A stretch of DNA of 61,818 bases, the filler included, from Bipalium vagum (Eukaryota), in assembly GCA_037834085.1 (NCBI GenBank). It is 3 parts of 3 records of this genome, joined end to end, with 100 filler letters (N's around TTAATTAATTAA, not from the genome) between each part and the next. Parts side by side here need not be neighbours in the genome. Positions count along the whole stretch, not along the records: positions 27,969 to 43,586 come from JBBMKC010155493.1; positions 43,687 to 61,818 come from JBBMKC010039671.1; 1 more part is not named here. One strand, given 5' to 3'. The notes under the pieces are model-generated. The model ran no database searches. It saw nothing but the letters and a program-made list of their open reading frames with translations, and was not told the DNA's origin. This document shows, in pieces, positions 41,621-55,400 of the stretch. Made by a program: the position numbers and the translations under genes. Each line of letters starts with the position of its first letter. Positions within the stretch are counted from its first letter, which is position 1.

Positions 41621-43586
41621 AAAATAAAAAGTATTAAGAAATATGAAAAATAAAAAAATATTTGATTCTCAAGTTCTAACTTGAGCCTTTCATTAGTTAG
41701 TTAATTCGGCCAAACATTTTTTTGGTTTCAAAACAAGTTTGTTCCAATGATAAAAAATTTAAATCAATAATTTTATTTATTAATGAAGTCAACTTTATTT
41801 TGGCTTCAAAAAGTTTTTTAATTGATAAAAAATACATATACATAGATCAAACCTACGGGTCTGCTGGTTAACTTGTGGTTTTTCTGTATGATTGAAGTCT
41901 GTCATTAATTTCCCGTTTTAATTTGTTTTTGTAAAAATTTCCTGATAATTATTTTTTCTAGTGCTTGTAATCTGGTCTTCGAAAATATCTACTGGTTCTG
42001 GTAACCTTTCTTGTTTTTGTAATTATTATTTTTGTGTGTCTTCCCGATTTTTTTAATTTTAATTTTAAGTTTTTTAAAAAATTATTATTTTTACTAATTT
42101 TATATTCTTTACCAATTTTTCTATTTTTAGTAATTCCTGTTCTCTATCTATATTATTTCTACTTATTTTTCTATTTTTACAGTTCTATTTTATAATTTTT
42201 AAATATTTAGCATTTTCTTATTTTTTATAATAATATGTTAATTTCAGAATAAATATAATACATTTAATAAATTAGATAAAGTAAATACTTTTAATAAAAT
42301 ATTATTTACATTTGATAATTAAAATTTTCTTTTTAATTAATTTATATATTTTATTTAATTATTTAATTTATCTTATCAAGGACGATTTGACATCATAACC
42401 AAAAGAATTACACAGGTATGACAAAAAATATTTTCTTGCACTCCAAATAATTTTCCACTTTCAGAATTGTCATACTTAAATTAATATATATGTCAAATAT
42501 ATATATCAGATATATCTGGTAAGTCTGATTTATGAATTTTACAGCTTTAAAAGTCAAAATAGTTAGCTTTATGTTTGAAAGACGGTTTCTGGATAATACA
42601 GAAATAACATGTATCATATTCGTGACTTGAGTAGGTAGTCCAGATTACAGGACAACGAAATGAAAACCTTGTTTAGCGATATAAATTCCTGTAACATGCT
42701 GCGCAAAGAAATGATGGCTTGAATTCCTTGTCGAGATGATAACAACTACTCGAAATAGTTCCAATAGATTTCTCGTAATACCTTACTGGATTTAAGCTTC
42801 AACTCATAAATAAATTGCACACATATAACAAAATTTGTCTGGATATATTTCATGTCCATTTCTGTCCATTATCAAAAAAAATTAAAAATACGCTTGTTTT
42901 TAATTAAAATAGCTCGATAAAAAGAGGATTTATGTAATTTTATTTGAAAGGTGTAATTTTATTTCAAATGTCAATAACTTTAAAACTATGCGACAGAATT
43001 TTTAAAAATTGGATTTGTACATTACTTAACATAATCGATTAAATACTGTTAAAATCGAGTGCAAATTTCTTGTTATATCAGTGTTTTTTATAAAATAAAA
43101 GTCAATTTTACATCATAACACAAGACGGATATGCTAATCACGGGCAGTTTTCACGAAAGCACCATAAAGAAATCACAGTCCTTTCCAATGCCACAAATAA
43201 AATCAAATTATACCCTTTATCCTTACTTATTAGAAACTTATAATTGAAAGAGACCGTATTTTAGTATTAAAATCTATACTGCAAGTGGTATGATGAACCA
43301 TATATTACGAAATGTGGTTTTATAACTCTAACTTTACGTGGGGTTAATGAAAAAAATGGTACAGTTTCATTTGTACAACTATTTTCTCCAAATTTTAATC
43401 TGAAAAATATATTAATGACAATTTTCTATTTAAATAACAAAAATCATTTTTCTACAAAAATACTAATCTCGTTAATTTATGTTTAAACGCATCAATTTCT
43501 ATAATACATGGTGACCAGAAATAACCCGTCCTTAAAGTTTCAGTCATTTTACATAGAAACTAACATTTATTATAACAATTTTTATA

Positions 43587-43686
43587 NNNNNNNNNNNNNN
43601 NNNNNNNNNNNNNNNNNNNNNNNNNNNNNNTTAATTAATTAANNNNNNNNNNNNNNNNNNNNNNNNNNNNNNNNNNNNNNNNNNNN
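43587..43686. other. Artificial scaffold linker N44-TTAATTAATTAA-N44
   Basis: Same 100-bp structure as 27869-27968. Confidence 0.95.
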
Positions 43687-44082
43687 TATTTGGAATAAGC
43701 TTTTTAACTTTATGTTTTTAAGTACTTTAAACTCTGTGCACTTTTTTATGCATCACCCGTTATATATATATATATTATTATATTATATATATTTGTATAT
43801 TACATAAAAGCTATTAAAGTTTTACAAAATTCCCGTTTTTTATTTATAGGATACTATTACGTTTTATAAATAGGTATTATTTTCATATAAAAAATGTAGA
43901 AATTATGAGAATTATATGTCAAATATATTAATTAATGCACACTGCAGCTAAAATAAGCAATGGTTCGTAGAAATGAAAAGAAACAGTGAGATGCACACAA
44001 CACTTTAACTTTAATTTAAGGTGAACAAAAAAATTACATAAAAATATTAATAGTTAGATGTGAGCTAAAATACCTTATTTAC

Positions 44083-45947
44083 CTGATTCATACTCAATGT
44101 CTGTGATCTTATTTAAGTCAAAATCCGAATTGTGTTCATGGAAATCTATATAGAAAAGAGTCAGAATTGATTTTTTGTGAATTTTTAGCAGCAGCAAATT
44201 TTAAAATGTGAGGTTAAAACTAAAAATTATCTAGCTTTTGAGAAGCTTTAATAGAACCTGTAGAACTCCAACGGAAAATGTTTAAAGAAGTATTATCCAT
44301 TGTCACGTCTGTAATTTCAGCGTTATCCATTATAACGTTATCAGCTTCAGAATCTGTTTTATGATTTATTGTTAAATATTTTTTAATTAAAAAAAATTCA
44401 AGTACTTATAATGAAATATTTAAAAAATAATATTAATATTAATATAATATTTACATTAGCAAGCTTATTTGAAATTTATATATACCTGAAGGAATTTCAA
44501 TATCGGTAATTATATTTATATCTTTGGAATATTGACTACTGACATCTGATAAAAATATTTTATTTTATATTTATATTTTAAAATAATAGCGCAGCAGCAA
44601 ATGATTACCAAATTTAGTTTAATATTAATTATAATAAATTGAATTACTAAAGATTGATAAAACCTAAATTCAAACGTTGAAAACTAAAAAAGACTAGCAT
44701 TTTTAACACAATGATTTTAGAAATAGTGAAAAAAGAATTGAAATTTACCAAAAATTTTCAATGATGTTTCTACAATGTTAATAATCTAATAACAATCATA
44801 TTATTTTTATTGACAAACAAATAAATAATTTTACTTTAATTATTGAATTATAATAAAACAATGATTTTTCAAAAAATATTTTAGATGTCAACTATTCAAT
44901 ATATCTGATTTAAACAAAGTTTCAGTGGTTATATTTTTTGCTATTTTTGAATTGAAAAGACTCGTGAGAAATTTAATGTATTTTTAAATTGGTTTCATAT
45001 TCCTATAAAATGTTAATGCGTAGCAGCAAAAAACTATCATCTCAATTGTGTAATTCAAGAAATTATCATGTTAACATTAGCTAAGTAAATATTAACTAGC
45101 TAAAACAAAATTGTTATTCTTACAAGGTAAAGAGACGTTATTTATAGAAGAAATATCCGCCGTAGCTTCTGAAATATCAGCGTGATCCACTGCATTGTCA
45201 GTGTCAGCATCAATGCTATCATCAACTTAATTGTGAAAAAATCGATTTTCAAATATTAAAAGATAAAATAAGGCCAAAATGGTCTTGAAAGAAACTTATT
45301 TTACCTGTAGGAAAATCGTTATCAGTGATTATAGTACAATCGATATCGAAATTAGAATTTCGGTTTTTGAACTCTGTAAATTAGATATCGATTATAAAAC
45401 TTAAAGTTCAAGAAATTCTTAGCATTAGCCACATTAAGTTTTAAAATCAGTTAAGAGAAAAAACAAATAGACCTTTATCTTTAAAATGAAGAATATTGAT
45501 GGACGGAATATCTGTCGATATTTCAGATATATCATTAGTATTATTATCAGGATCACGTTCTTCATCTTGATATTTAAAAATTTTTTTTAAATGCAAAATC
45601 TTTAGCTTATTGAAAAGGTTTATTTATTTATATACCTGATTTGTATTCAATATCAATAATTATGTTTGAATCAAGATCCATGCTCTGCTGATCACGTTTT
45701 GTGATACCTAATTTTGAAAAATAATGTTATTTAGACAACTTTCAAATATTAGCAGGAGCAGCATCAGTAACAGAAATATTGATTGCAGCAGTCGCATTAA
45801 TAGACTTATACACAAAAACAGTTTTACGAAATGCATTATTTGAGCGAGTGAATTTTAAACTTTAAAAAGTGATGAACCTGGTAATTTAAATGAACGGTGT
45901 TTTACAGGAGATCTATCTGCGGAAAATCCAGTAATCTCCGAAATATC

Positions 45948-45982
<35 letters not shown>

Positions 45983-46377
45983 CATAGTTTAAAATCTTAT
46001 TACTGATTTAAAATAATTTAAATAATAATAATAAAATCAATGAAAAACAAATAAAAGTCAATGTACCTCTTGAATCAATGGACTGAGAAGACATTGTAGA
46101 ATGTTTATCTGAAAATAATGACCCATTGATTAAAAATAATTTTTGTTAAGTCTATAACTTGGGACACCTTTCATATATTCCAGCTCTTTCCAAATGTCAT
46201 CATTTGAAGTGGAAAGTCGATAATCTTGGTCAGTTGGAATGGTCAGTTGACTTTTTTCTGTTGATTGAAAAGTAATTTTCTCATTAAAAATTTTTATTAA
46301 TTTACTTTTTCTATCTATCGATTCCGTAGCATATCCAATATCAATATCAGGTCTAGTAATCACTTTTTGAGAAATTT
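44083..46377 (-). CDS. ANK: Ankyrin linker region: array of 11 symmetric phase-1 mini-exons
   Basis: Predicted exons 46306-46377 (72 nt), 46168-46257 (90; alternative donor gives 99), 46067-46108 (42), 45878-45946 (69), 45636-45707 (72), 45473-45565 (93), 45305-45373 (69), 45124-45225 (102), 44486-44545 (60), 44258-44353 (96), 44083-44145 (63). All are AG/GT-bounded, multiples of 3, stop-free in the frame set by the SDSEDEG exon, and acidic S/T/D/I-rich. Confidence 0.7.
44187..45795 (-). promoter_or_regulatory. Intronic UGC/YGCY clusters (candidate MBNL-type splicing elements)
   Basis: Plus-strand agcagcagca 44187-96, agcgcagcagca 44588-99, gcgtagcagca 45018-28, agcattagc 45421-29, agcaggagcagca 45751-63 and tgcagcagtcgca 45784-96, in otherwise extremely AT-rich introns. 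Confidence 0.5.
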
Positions 46378-46493
46378 CTATCGAAAAAATAAGAAAAATA
46401 TAAAGGCACAACATTTATCATTGGACAACATAAGAAATGAAGAGAAGAAAAGAAAAAAATGATCGGATGGTTTTCTGTTCAGAATTAATTTAC

Positions 46494-49400
46494 CTCCTTC
46501 GTCTTCACTATCAGACACAGCATGTTCTCCCATATTTTCCGGTTTTTCCAAAATAATTATCTCTTCAGTTTCTTCTTCTTCAATTTCCCAACTTATAACT
46601 TCCGTAGTGACCTTTCGTAAAACTTCAAAAATATTCAAATAATGCTGTTTTCGAGCAATGTGAGCAGCAGTCCATCCTTGCTATAAAAACCATAAATATT
46701 TCACATTTAACAATAAAAGTCCATTATAGCTTATTGCAAACAAAACTCATACATTATTCTTAATATTGGGATTGGCACTATTCTCAAGAAGCAGATTGAC
46801 CAATTGCAAGTGACCTTGTTGAGCAGCCAAATGTAAAGGAGTAAATCCGAGTTGAGTTTTCCTATTTATTTCCTCTTGAGTCATTAGACTAATCAAATAT
46901 TTTGCCATGTTCACTTGTCCAAAATGTGCAGCCGTGTGTAAAGGAGTATACTCGGCAGTAGTTGTTGGTAATATATCGGCTTTTTCTGCTACCAAAATTT
47001 TAGCAACACCAACACGATCTTCTTGAGCAGCCAGGTGCATGGAAGTCAATCCGTTCTGAAGTAAATATCGAATTTTATTTTTTAAAATTATTTTACCATA
47101 TTTTTTGACCATTATAAAATCCTTTAGCATAAAAATTTTAATGAAAATATATATCTATACAGGGTGTTCCATTTGAATCCGAACTCCACAAAACATTATT
47201 TGTATAGAACCTGTATTTTAAAGGTAAACTAATGTTTTCAATTGTTCATGATCATTTTCCTATGCTATATGTTATCGTTTAGAAAAATTGTAAATTGATG
47301 TGATCAAGTAATATTGATTTTATTAATAATTTTGCACCTAAACTTTTCGAAGTATTTCAACACTACATTATGTAAATTAAAATATTTACTAATCTAACAT
47401 GAAATATTATAGAAAGAAATACAATCTAAAATTTCATTAAAAATTACATTTTTGTAAATAAATTTAGACTCTTATCTGATATTCCATAACATTTAATTCT
47501 TTTTACAGATAATTGATCTGTAATTAATTAATCCAATTAAAATCGAAACCTCAATATAAAGAAAAGACCTCTTATCATCTATTGGTCTCCGAATTCAGAA
47601 TCTTAATTAAGAAAAATATTATTAAATACACTGTACAATTTATAATAATTTTGACATTTTCATAAATAAAGTGCAATAAAATTCATTTTATTTCGAATAT
47701 GTTAAGCTGTAACAATATCGGACTACGAATAGTATATTTTAAAATACTAATTTTTATCAGTGTCAATATTTTCAAACTATTATATTCGGTTTGTTTTTTA
47801 TACAATTATTAATAATTAATTATTAATTATTATAATTAAAATTCATTTCAGAATATCAGAAGAATTATATAACATTTATTTATAAAAAAAAACGGAAAAA
47901 TTGAAAATGATATATAGAGAAAATGACTACATAGGAATATTTTTTTTCTTTATTAGCAGAAAAAATATTGATTAATATTTTAATATTAAAAATAAAAGAA
48001 TCAATATTTAAAAACTGATCGTTTTAAAGTTTCAAGCCATGTGTGTTATTTGAGTTGTGATGTGAGTTAGTTTGACTTTCTGTTAGTTCCGAGATTATTG
48101 ACATTACTAATCATAAACAGATATCGATCACATAGAATCATCGTAAAATTAAACAAAAAATAATGATTATCAAACCAATTTAATCGCTTCCTATAATTTG
48201 GTTGTAATATATAAAAGCTTTAAAAATCCATGATCATTTTATGTTCATACAGATGAAAAAATATAATTGATAACTAACTTCAATTAAAATACACGACCAA
48301 AAGCAAAAATGAAAATTTAAAATTATAAATATATATTACTTTAGCTTTGTGATTGACATTCGCTTTATTTTGCAATAATAACGAAACCATATCTGAGTGG
48401 CCTTCTTGGCTCGCCAGTTGTAACGGAGAGAAACCGTTTCGTGATTCAGCATTACTGTCAGCATCGGCATCCAAGAGCATTGCTGCCAAATTTTGATTAT
48501 TCTTTTTGGCAGCGATGTGCAACGGGGTATAACCGTTTTTGGCCTAAATATTTCATACAATTCAATAATCCTGCCATAATAATAACATTATGTAAACTAA
48601 AAAATTGATTTAATTTTGAATAAGAAACCTATCGTTTCATAAACCTGATAAAAGAACGTTTTAATACAACAAAATAATAAAAAAAAAATTTCTTTTAAAT
48701 GATATACAAAATCAAATTGAAATTATTTTCACATTCCTTAATTTCACATTTCATGTACTCCAATCCTTTACCATGGAAAAATTAAGTAAACAGGGAATTT
48801 CCAAAGAATAATAATGATCAAAATATTGATTTGTCTGATAACACAAACGAAAGTGATTCAAAGCCGACGTATACATTGATATGCACAATAAATCTAAGAC
48901 AACAAATATCATTTATTTAATCCATCCACTGTCAACGACTATCATATTATTTTGATATGGTTTTAATATTTTCATTCTCATATCTGAAGCACTTTTGAAG
49001 TTTTCAATATTGAAGACAACGTGAGTTGATAATTGTTATAAATATTATGAAACTATATAACAATAATAAACAGAGTTCTAATAACATTATGGAATTTAAA
49101 AGTTAGTCACTATTTTAAAGAATATCGATTTATTGTAATTAGCACAAATAAAATATCAAATTCATGAATAAATAAATATAAATAATATTTTATTTATATT
49201 CATAAATTTTCATTTACTAAAAACTTTTCAATTTATTGACACTACTGTTACAAATTTATTATTTTATTATTTATTATATATTAGTTACACAGTAAAAAAA
49301 CCATAAAACGTGATAAATGAATATTTTCACTTTAATCAGGTGAAAAGATAACAATCTCTATCAAAATTTCTTCTTAAACTTATTGAATAGAATTAATCTC

Positions 49401-52400
49401 TGATTTGATTGGTAATATCGAAGCAAAGTCAATATTTTTAAAAAACTTAAGAAACTTTATTTTATAAAAAATTTCAAAATCGAAATTCTAAATAATTAAG
49501 GTTTCTCTCGCTTAAATTTAGTAAACCCCGAGTTTATTTATAATTTTGTCATAGTAACGGTGTTTTTTGGTTAACAATAAATCATAAAAATGAAATATGC
49601 ACTTAAATTTCTTTATTATAATTCAAGACCGATATTCATAAATAATAAAAAACATTTTTAATAACTATAATAATAATCGTTGAAATTTTCATTAAAAATT
49701 TTGTTGATTATGTTTTAAAAATTATTTCTACTTATTTAAAGTGGTTTAGTTACCTTGCATTTTGGATCTGCTTTATTTTCCAAAAGTAATTTGGCTACCT
49801 TTTCATGATTATAATGAGTTGCCACATGTAAAGGAGTCAGTCCATTTTTCCCAGTAGCATTCGGATTAGCATTATTTTTTAATAGTGACTTAGCTGCACC
49901 AACCTTGTCATACTTTGCAGCAATGTGCAAAGGCGTAAATCCTCTCTAAAAACAAAAAAAATAATAAATACTTTCAAATGCCGTAACAATATTTACCTTT
50001 GTTTCTGCTTCTATTTTGGCTCCATTTTCTAACAATAAGCTGATTGCTTCATTTCGACCTTCTTTGGCAGCTACATGCAATGCCGTATAATTATCTCGTG
50101 TTGCAACATTCGGGTCAGCCCCAACTTGTAAGAACAATGTAATCAGTTCCAAATTGCCTATTTTTGTAGCAACATGTAATGGCGTTTGGTTTTCCTGAAA
50201 TACCATTGAGGACTTATACTTGCATGTTTTGAAAGTTTATGTAATGAATAAAATTGTTTTAGTTTAATATTTCAACCTTTTTTGATAATTTAAGATTTCA
50301 CAGGATTTAGAAAATGTAAAAATTATCTACCTTTTTTCTCAAAAACATGAAATTATATAAATTAATTTATGAAAACTCTAGTTTTGAAAATGAAGTATTT
50401 TCATTTTTTTAATGAGAAAATTGTTTCTCTCAACAATTAGCAGGAAATTTAATATTAAAAATATCCAATTACATTACATTATTGGTTTAAAAATAATGAG
50501 CTTTTTGTTTTTTATGTTAAAAAATTTATTTCATTTAAAAACTGATTACTAAATTCTTTCTTATTAAATAAATATTTATTCTATATTAATAGATATGTTA
50601 AAACAAATTAATTTCAAATTTTTTTGAATACTGTTTTTAATAATTCAAAGTGTTTTTTTCAAAATCTTAGGATATGAATATATAAGATTTATGATAATTC
50701 AATAATAGTATTTATGAAAAGAAGAAAATGATCAAAATTAGTATTAAAACCATCACCTAACAGGTATTTTTTGACTAATTTTCACTAATATAGAAATGTA
50801 ATAATGTATTTCTATTTTATGTCTAATATATAAAAATTATATTAAAACTGAAATTTTATTATTGAAATCTGAATTTCATAAATTTAATGTACTAAAAAAT
50901 TTGTTAAATAAAGATTATATATTATTATATATTATAAAGATTATATCGAAACCAAAGTTAATATGGCCTTCCATTAATTAAATTATATTATCATGTTATG
51001 TGAAATAATTAAAAATATTACATACTAATTACAGATAGTTCATAACAATTTAATATTTGTTCTAAAAAGGTAAATATTTTGTGAATTTGTTGCAAATAAA
51101 GAAAAATTATTAAAATAAAATGTGAAAATTGGTAATATTCAGTAACAAGAAAAATTCAAATGCAACAAGCAGAACCAAACCAGAAAATCAATAGTCATAT
51201 ATCTGTTGCACGTATCTCTCAATTAAATAAATGTCAAATTGGTTTATTGCATCACTTGAATTTCAAAAACATGTTTTTATGGAATTTATTAATCAAAATA
51301 TAATAATAAACAATATTATTTTTAGAGTCTCCGATGTGTTTGGTTGAACTTTTACATTCTACAGAATAGATGAGAAACTTAAAGATTGTTTTAGATTAGT
51401 AAATAACACAAAAAGGATTATTAAGATATATGTGATAAATCAGACTAAACACTCGGCATATCTGTAATTATATAATCGCGACACCCAATGAGGTAATATC
51501 TTTATCCCAAAATCATTTTACGACACATAATTATTATGTAAGCAGAAAATAGTTAAAATAAAATATGGATTAAATGTATGTGATCATATTTTAATGTTAT
51601 ATTTATTTGTCATTTTAAATTAACAATTATTATTGCTCATTAGCATTATAATAAATAGATACACAATTACACTCGCATATATTTTGAGAAAATAATAATT
51701 TGTATTTCAAATAAAAATGAAAATTTATTTATAAATAAATTTAATTGATCAATAATTTATGTAAATGATAAAAACAAGCTTCATTTAATATCTTCTAGAA
51801 ATTAAGGCCCTGATTTTTAATATATTTATATATAATAAAATAATAGTTTTCTGAATTTTTAAATTTTCTCTAATTTCATGAAATCGTTTTTTAGGTAGAC
51901 AGTTTTATACATAAATTGATTAAACATATAAATCAATACAATTCAAAAATATAACTATTGATTATAATTATATTTGACTTTAACAAAATTTTTAAAATAT
52001 AATAGAAAATACAATGAAGATAACAAGTCTTTTATCAAAATATTGTTTTAATAATTATTATTTTATATAGTATATTCAAAAATATTTTAACGAACATTAG
52101 TGAAAATACACAAGTTCATCATATATATATTTACAAGAATTCCATGAGAAATTTTAATTTACCAATATATTAATGAGATTTTAACATCCAAAGAAGTAAC
52201 AAAATTATTTTAACTAAAATAAATCCTGTTTCTGTTTATAAGAGGACTTAAAAATTACACAAAATGTTCTTATCCTCAATTTATAAGAAAAGTAACATGA
52301 ATTTTATTTTTTTAACATAAAGTAATCAAGTTAAAAAGCTGGACCAATTTGATATATTTCATTTATATTTTCGCAAATTTTCTTTTATCCGATGATGAAA

Positions 52401-55400
52401 ATATAAGTAATATGTAATCAAAATTACTCGTGCTTTAGCGTTTGGTAGAGCTCCACTTTTCAATAAAAGTTTCACAGTTTCTGTTTGATTATTTCTCGTT
52501 GCTAAATGTAAAGCAGTTTCACCTCTCATTGTTCCTTGCTCAATATTTGCTCCTTTTTGCAAAAGCATGTTTACCGCTTCTTTAGATCCAATAAAAGCCG
52601 ATACGTGCAATGGCGTCAAGCCGGTCTGAAATGAAAAATCCATTATATTATACTAATTAAGAACAATAAATCAGACAATTTTCAAATATTTTTTAGAAGT
52701 TTTATTTGAAATAAAATAAAAATTCATTTCGAAATATTAAATTTCATCACTTTTTCATAAATCAACAGTATAATTTGTAAATGCATTAATGAAAAAACGA
52801 TGACATTTTCCCAGTTGAATTAGAAACACAATCATTTATTTTATAAAAATATGCAATTTTTCAAAACTAAATATTTATCAATAATGGATTTTAGTTGACA
52901 CATGAGTGTAAATCGAATCAACAAATAATTATTTAATTAATGTAAAGTAGACGAATATTTAACAAATAATATATAAAATAAACATTTATTGTAATGAAAG
53001 AAACATTATTAAATTAATATTATTATATACAATACTTCATTATAATATTGATGAATATTATTTAGACAAAAAAACTAAAATTAAGTTTTCTGTACCAATA
53101 ATTAAAAATACCCACATTGAATAATTATCTTAACAGAAGCTAAGCTCTCATCAAAACTAAACTTTTAGATTTAATAAATAAAAAATATACGACATTATAG
53201 AAACTTTAAAAATAAAATTTAGAAAAAAATAAAAATTAAAAAAAATTGCAAAATTGAATATCTGTACTTCTATTACTTGAATATACAATGTATCAATAAC
53301 AATATTTTTATTATTACACAGTTTGTATTATTAATATTAAAATTCTGAAAAAAATATTTAAACACTGAATTATTATTAAATTCACGTATCAAAAGTAACA
53401 ATATTATATTATCTATTATTAATAACAGGAAATCAATGAGATTGTTATAATTAAAACACTTCAACAATATTTAAATATTAAAAAAATATATGTACATAAA
53501 TATACAATAAATACTGAATATTGGTTCATTATGATTCAATGACTTAAAGTTAAATGAATTGATTATAATTCTTGTCAACAGACTTAATAAGAAAATATAA
53601 CAAGAAACTAAAATCAAAATTAATTTTAGAAAATTATAAAATGAAATCGAAAGTCAAATTTTCAGTTTTCTTAGAAATAACTTTCTAATGAGAAGGCCAT
53701 CCTATAAAAAAGCATTCTTATAATAAATTAAAACAGATCCAAATAAAATGACATTTCATAAATATAATTTTATTTTGTATCCTGTGGCTACAAAGACTAG
53801 AAACAATGTCAAAGATAGTGAAGAGTCCATTATAACTACTGTATTGGTATGTATGTGCTTACATCAGGAAACAGTTATCCGAGATGTCTTCTATTAAAAC
53901 AATAGAACCCATAGAATAAAGAAATGCAAAGTAATAGCATCAGCTATCTGAAATCTGATATTTTTTGTATTAAAAGAGTTTTTATTAATTATTTTACATT
54001 TTATTATCCGAAAATTTTTATTAGGACATTTGTCCATAAAACAAGTAAAATATTTTAAATAATCTACAAATTTCTTACTTAACTAAATATTAAATAAAAG
54101 TTAGGAAAATCCATAATAAATTAACTATTTTGAATGAAAAAAAAACTAAATTTCATTAGACTTTATATCCATAAACTGAATTTTCTAATTTTTGTTTTAC
54201 TCATATTTTCAATATTAATATATTTCTGGTGGTCTGAGAGTAGAAATAACCAAAACCATTTATTATTTAAGATTCCAATTGTAATAGTAATAAGTTTTAA
54301 AATTTATACAAATTCTTGATTCAAGAAATGCATTCTTTTTACTTTATTAGTTGAACAAGGATTTTTAAAAATTTTTTTCGACACATTAATATAAAAGAAA
54401 ATACATAATTTTGGCAATTAAGTATATTTAGAATGATCTCAATTTATATGTAAAAATTAATTACAAACTATCAATGTTTATTCTTAAATGATGAAAAATC
54501 GAAAATTTTTGCATAAAATAAAAAAGAATAAACTCCATTGAATTTTAATATATTCACTGTCAAGGTATTCCAAAAATCATTGAAGAGTATCAAAATCTAA
54601 ATTCTTAATGTTACAAAGGCTATTTGAAATCCTCTACATTAAAAGGTAAAAATAAACAGAAATTCCAAAAATTATTTTTGGTGACAGGAAATATAAAGTA
54701 ATTAGATGTCAAATCAGGAATATTAAAAGAATATGTCAAATAGTTGATTGATTTTTCATGAGTTACTTTTTCATGAGAATTCTATTAAACTATTCTTTTA
54801 AAATATATGAATTACAACATGACCAAATTTTGCTACTAAAAAAAACAATTTTTTATAATAATTTCACATTAATCATTTCACAGATCCAAATAATTAAATA
54901 CTTTATCAATATTGATAAGGTCATAGATATTTTTTATGACCTTTTTGAGTACTGAGGTTACAGAAATCGTATTTTTTATTAAATCTTACGCTATGAAGTA
55001 TTCACAAATTTTACTTAAACGGCCATGTATAATGGAATTCATTAAGGCTCGGGAACACACAATTTAGTGTGAATTTCATTGTATGTAGTTCGACGATCTC
55101 CTAAAATATTTCTGCGAATGATAACATTTTCACCAATAAAAAATCGATGATAAAAAGATATCACATTTGAGCTCATCAATTAATCAATAAATTGTAGTTT
55201 TCAATGGTGCTTTATCACAACCAATTTTTAACAATTCAGACATTGTTTTTGTCTTGACCAAGTTTGAAATATAATTAGTCAAAATTTTTTCTTTGTTATA
55301 TTTATTTTTTGTGCTTTCTGTCTTTCTTAAATTGAATAGATTATTTTAAAAAACATGTATATGAAAAATTGTCTTTGTATGGCCATCATATATTTACTAG

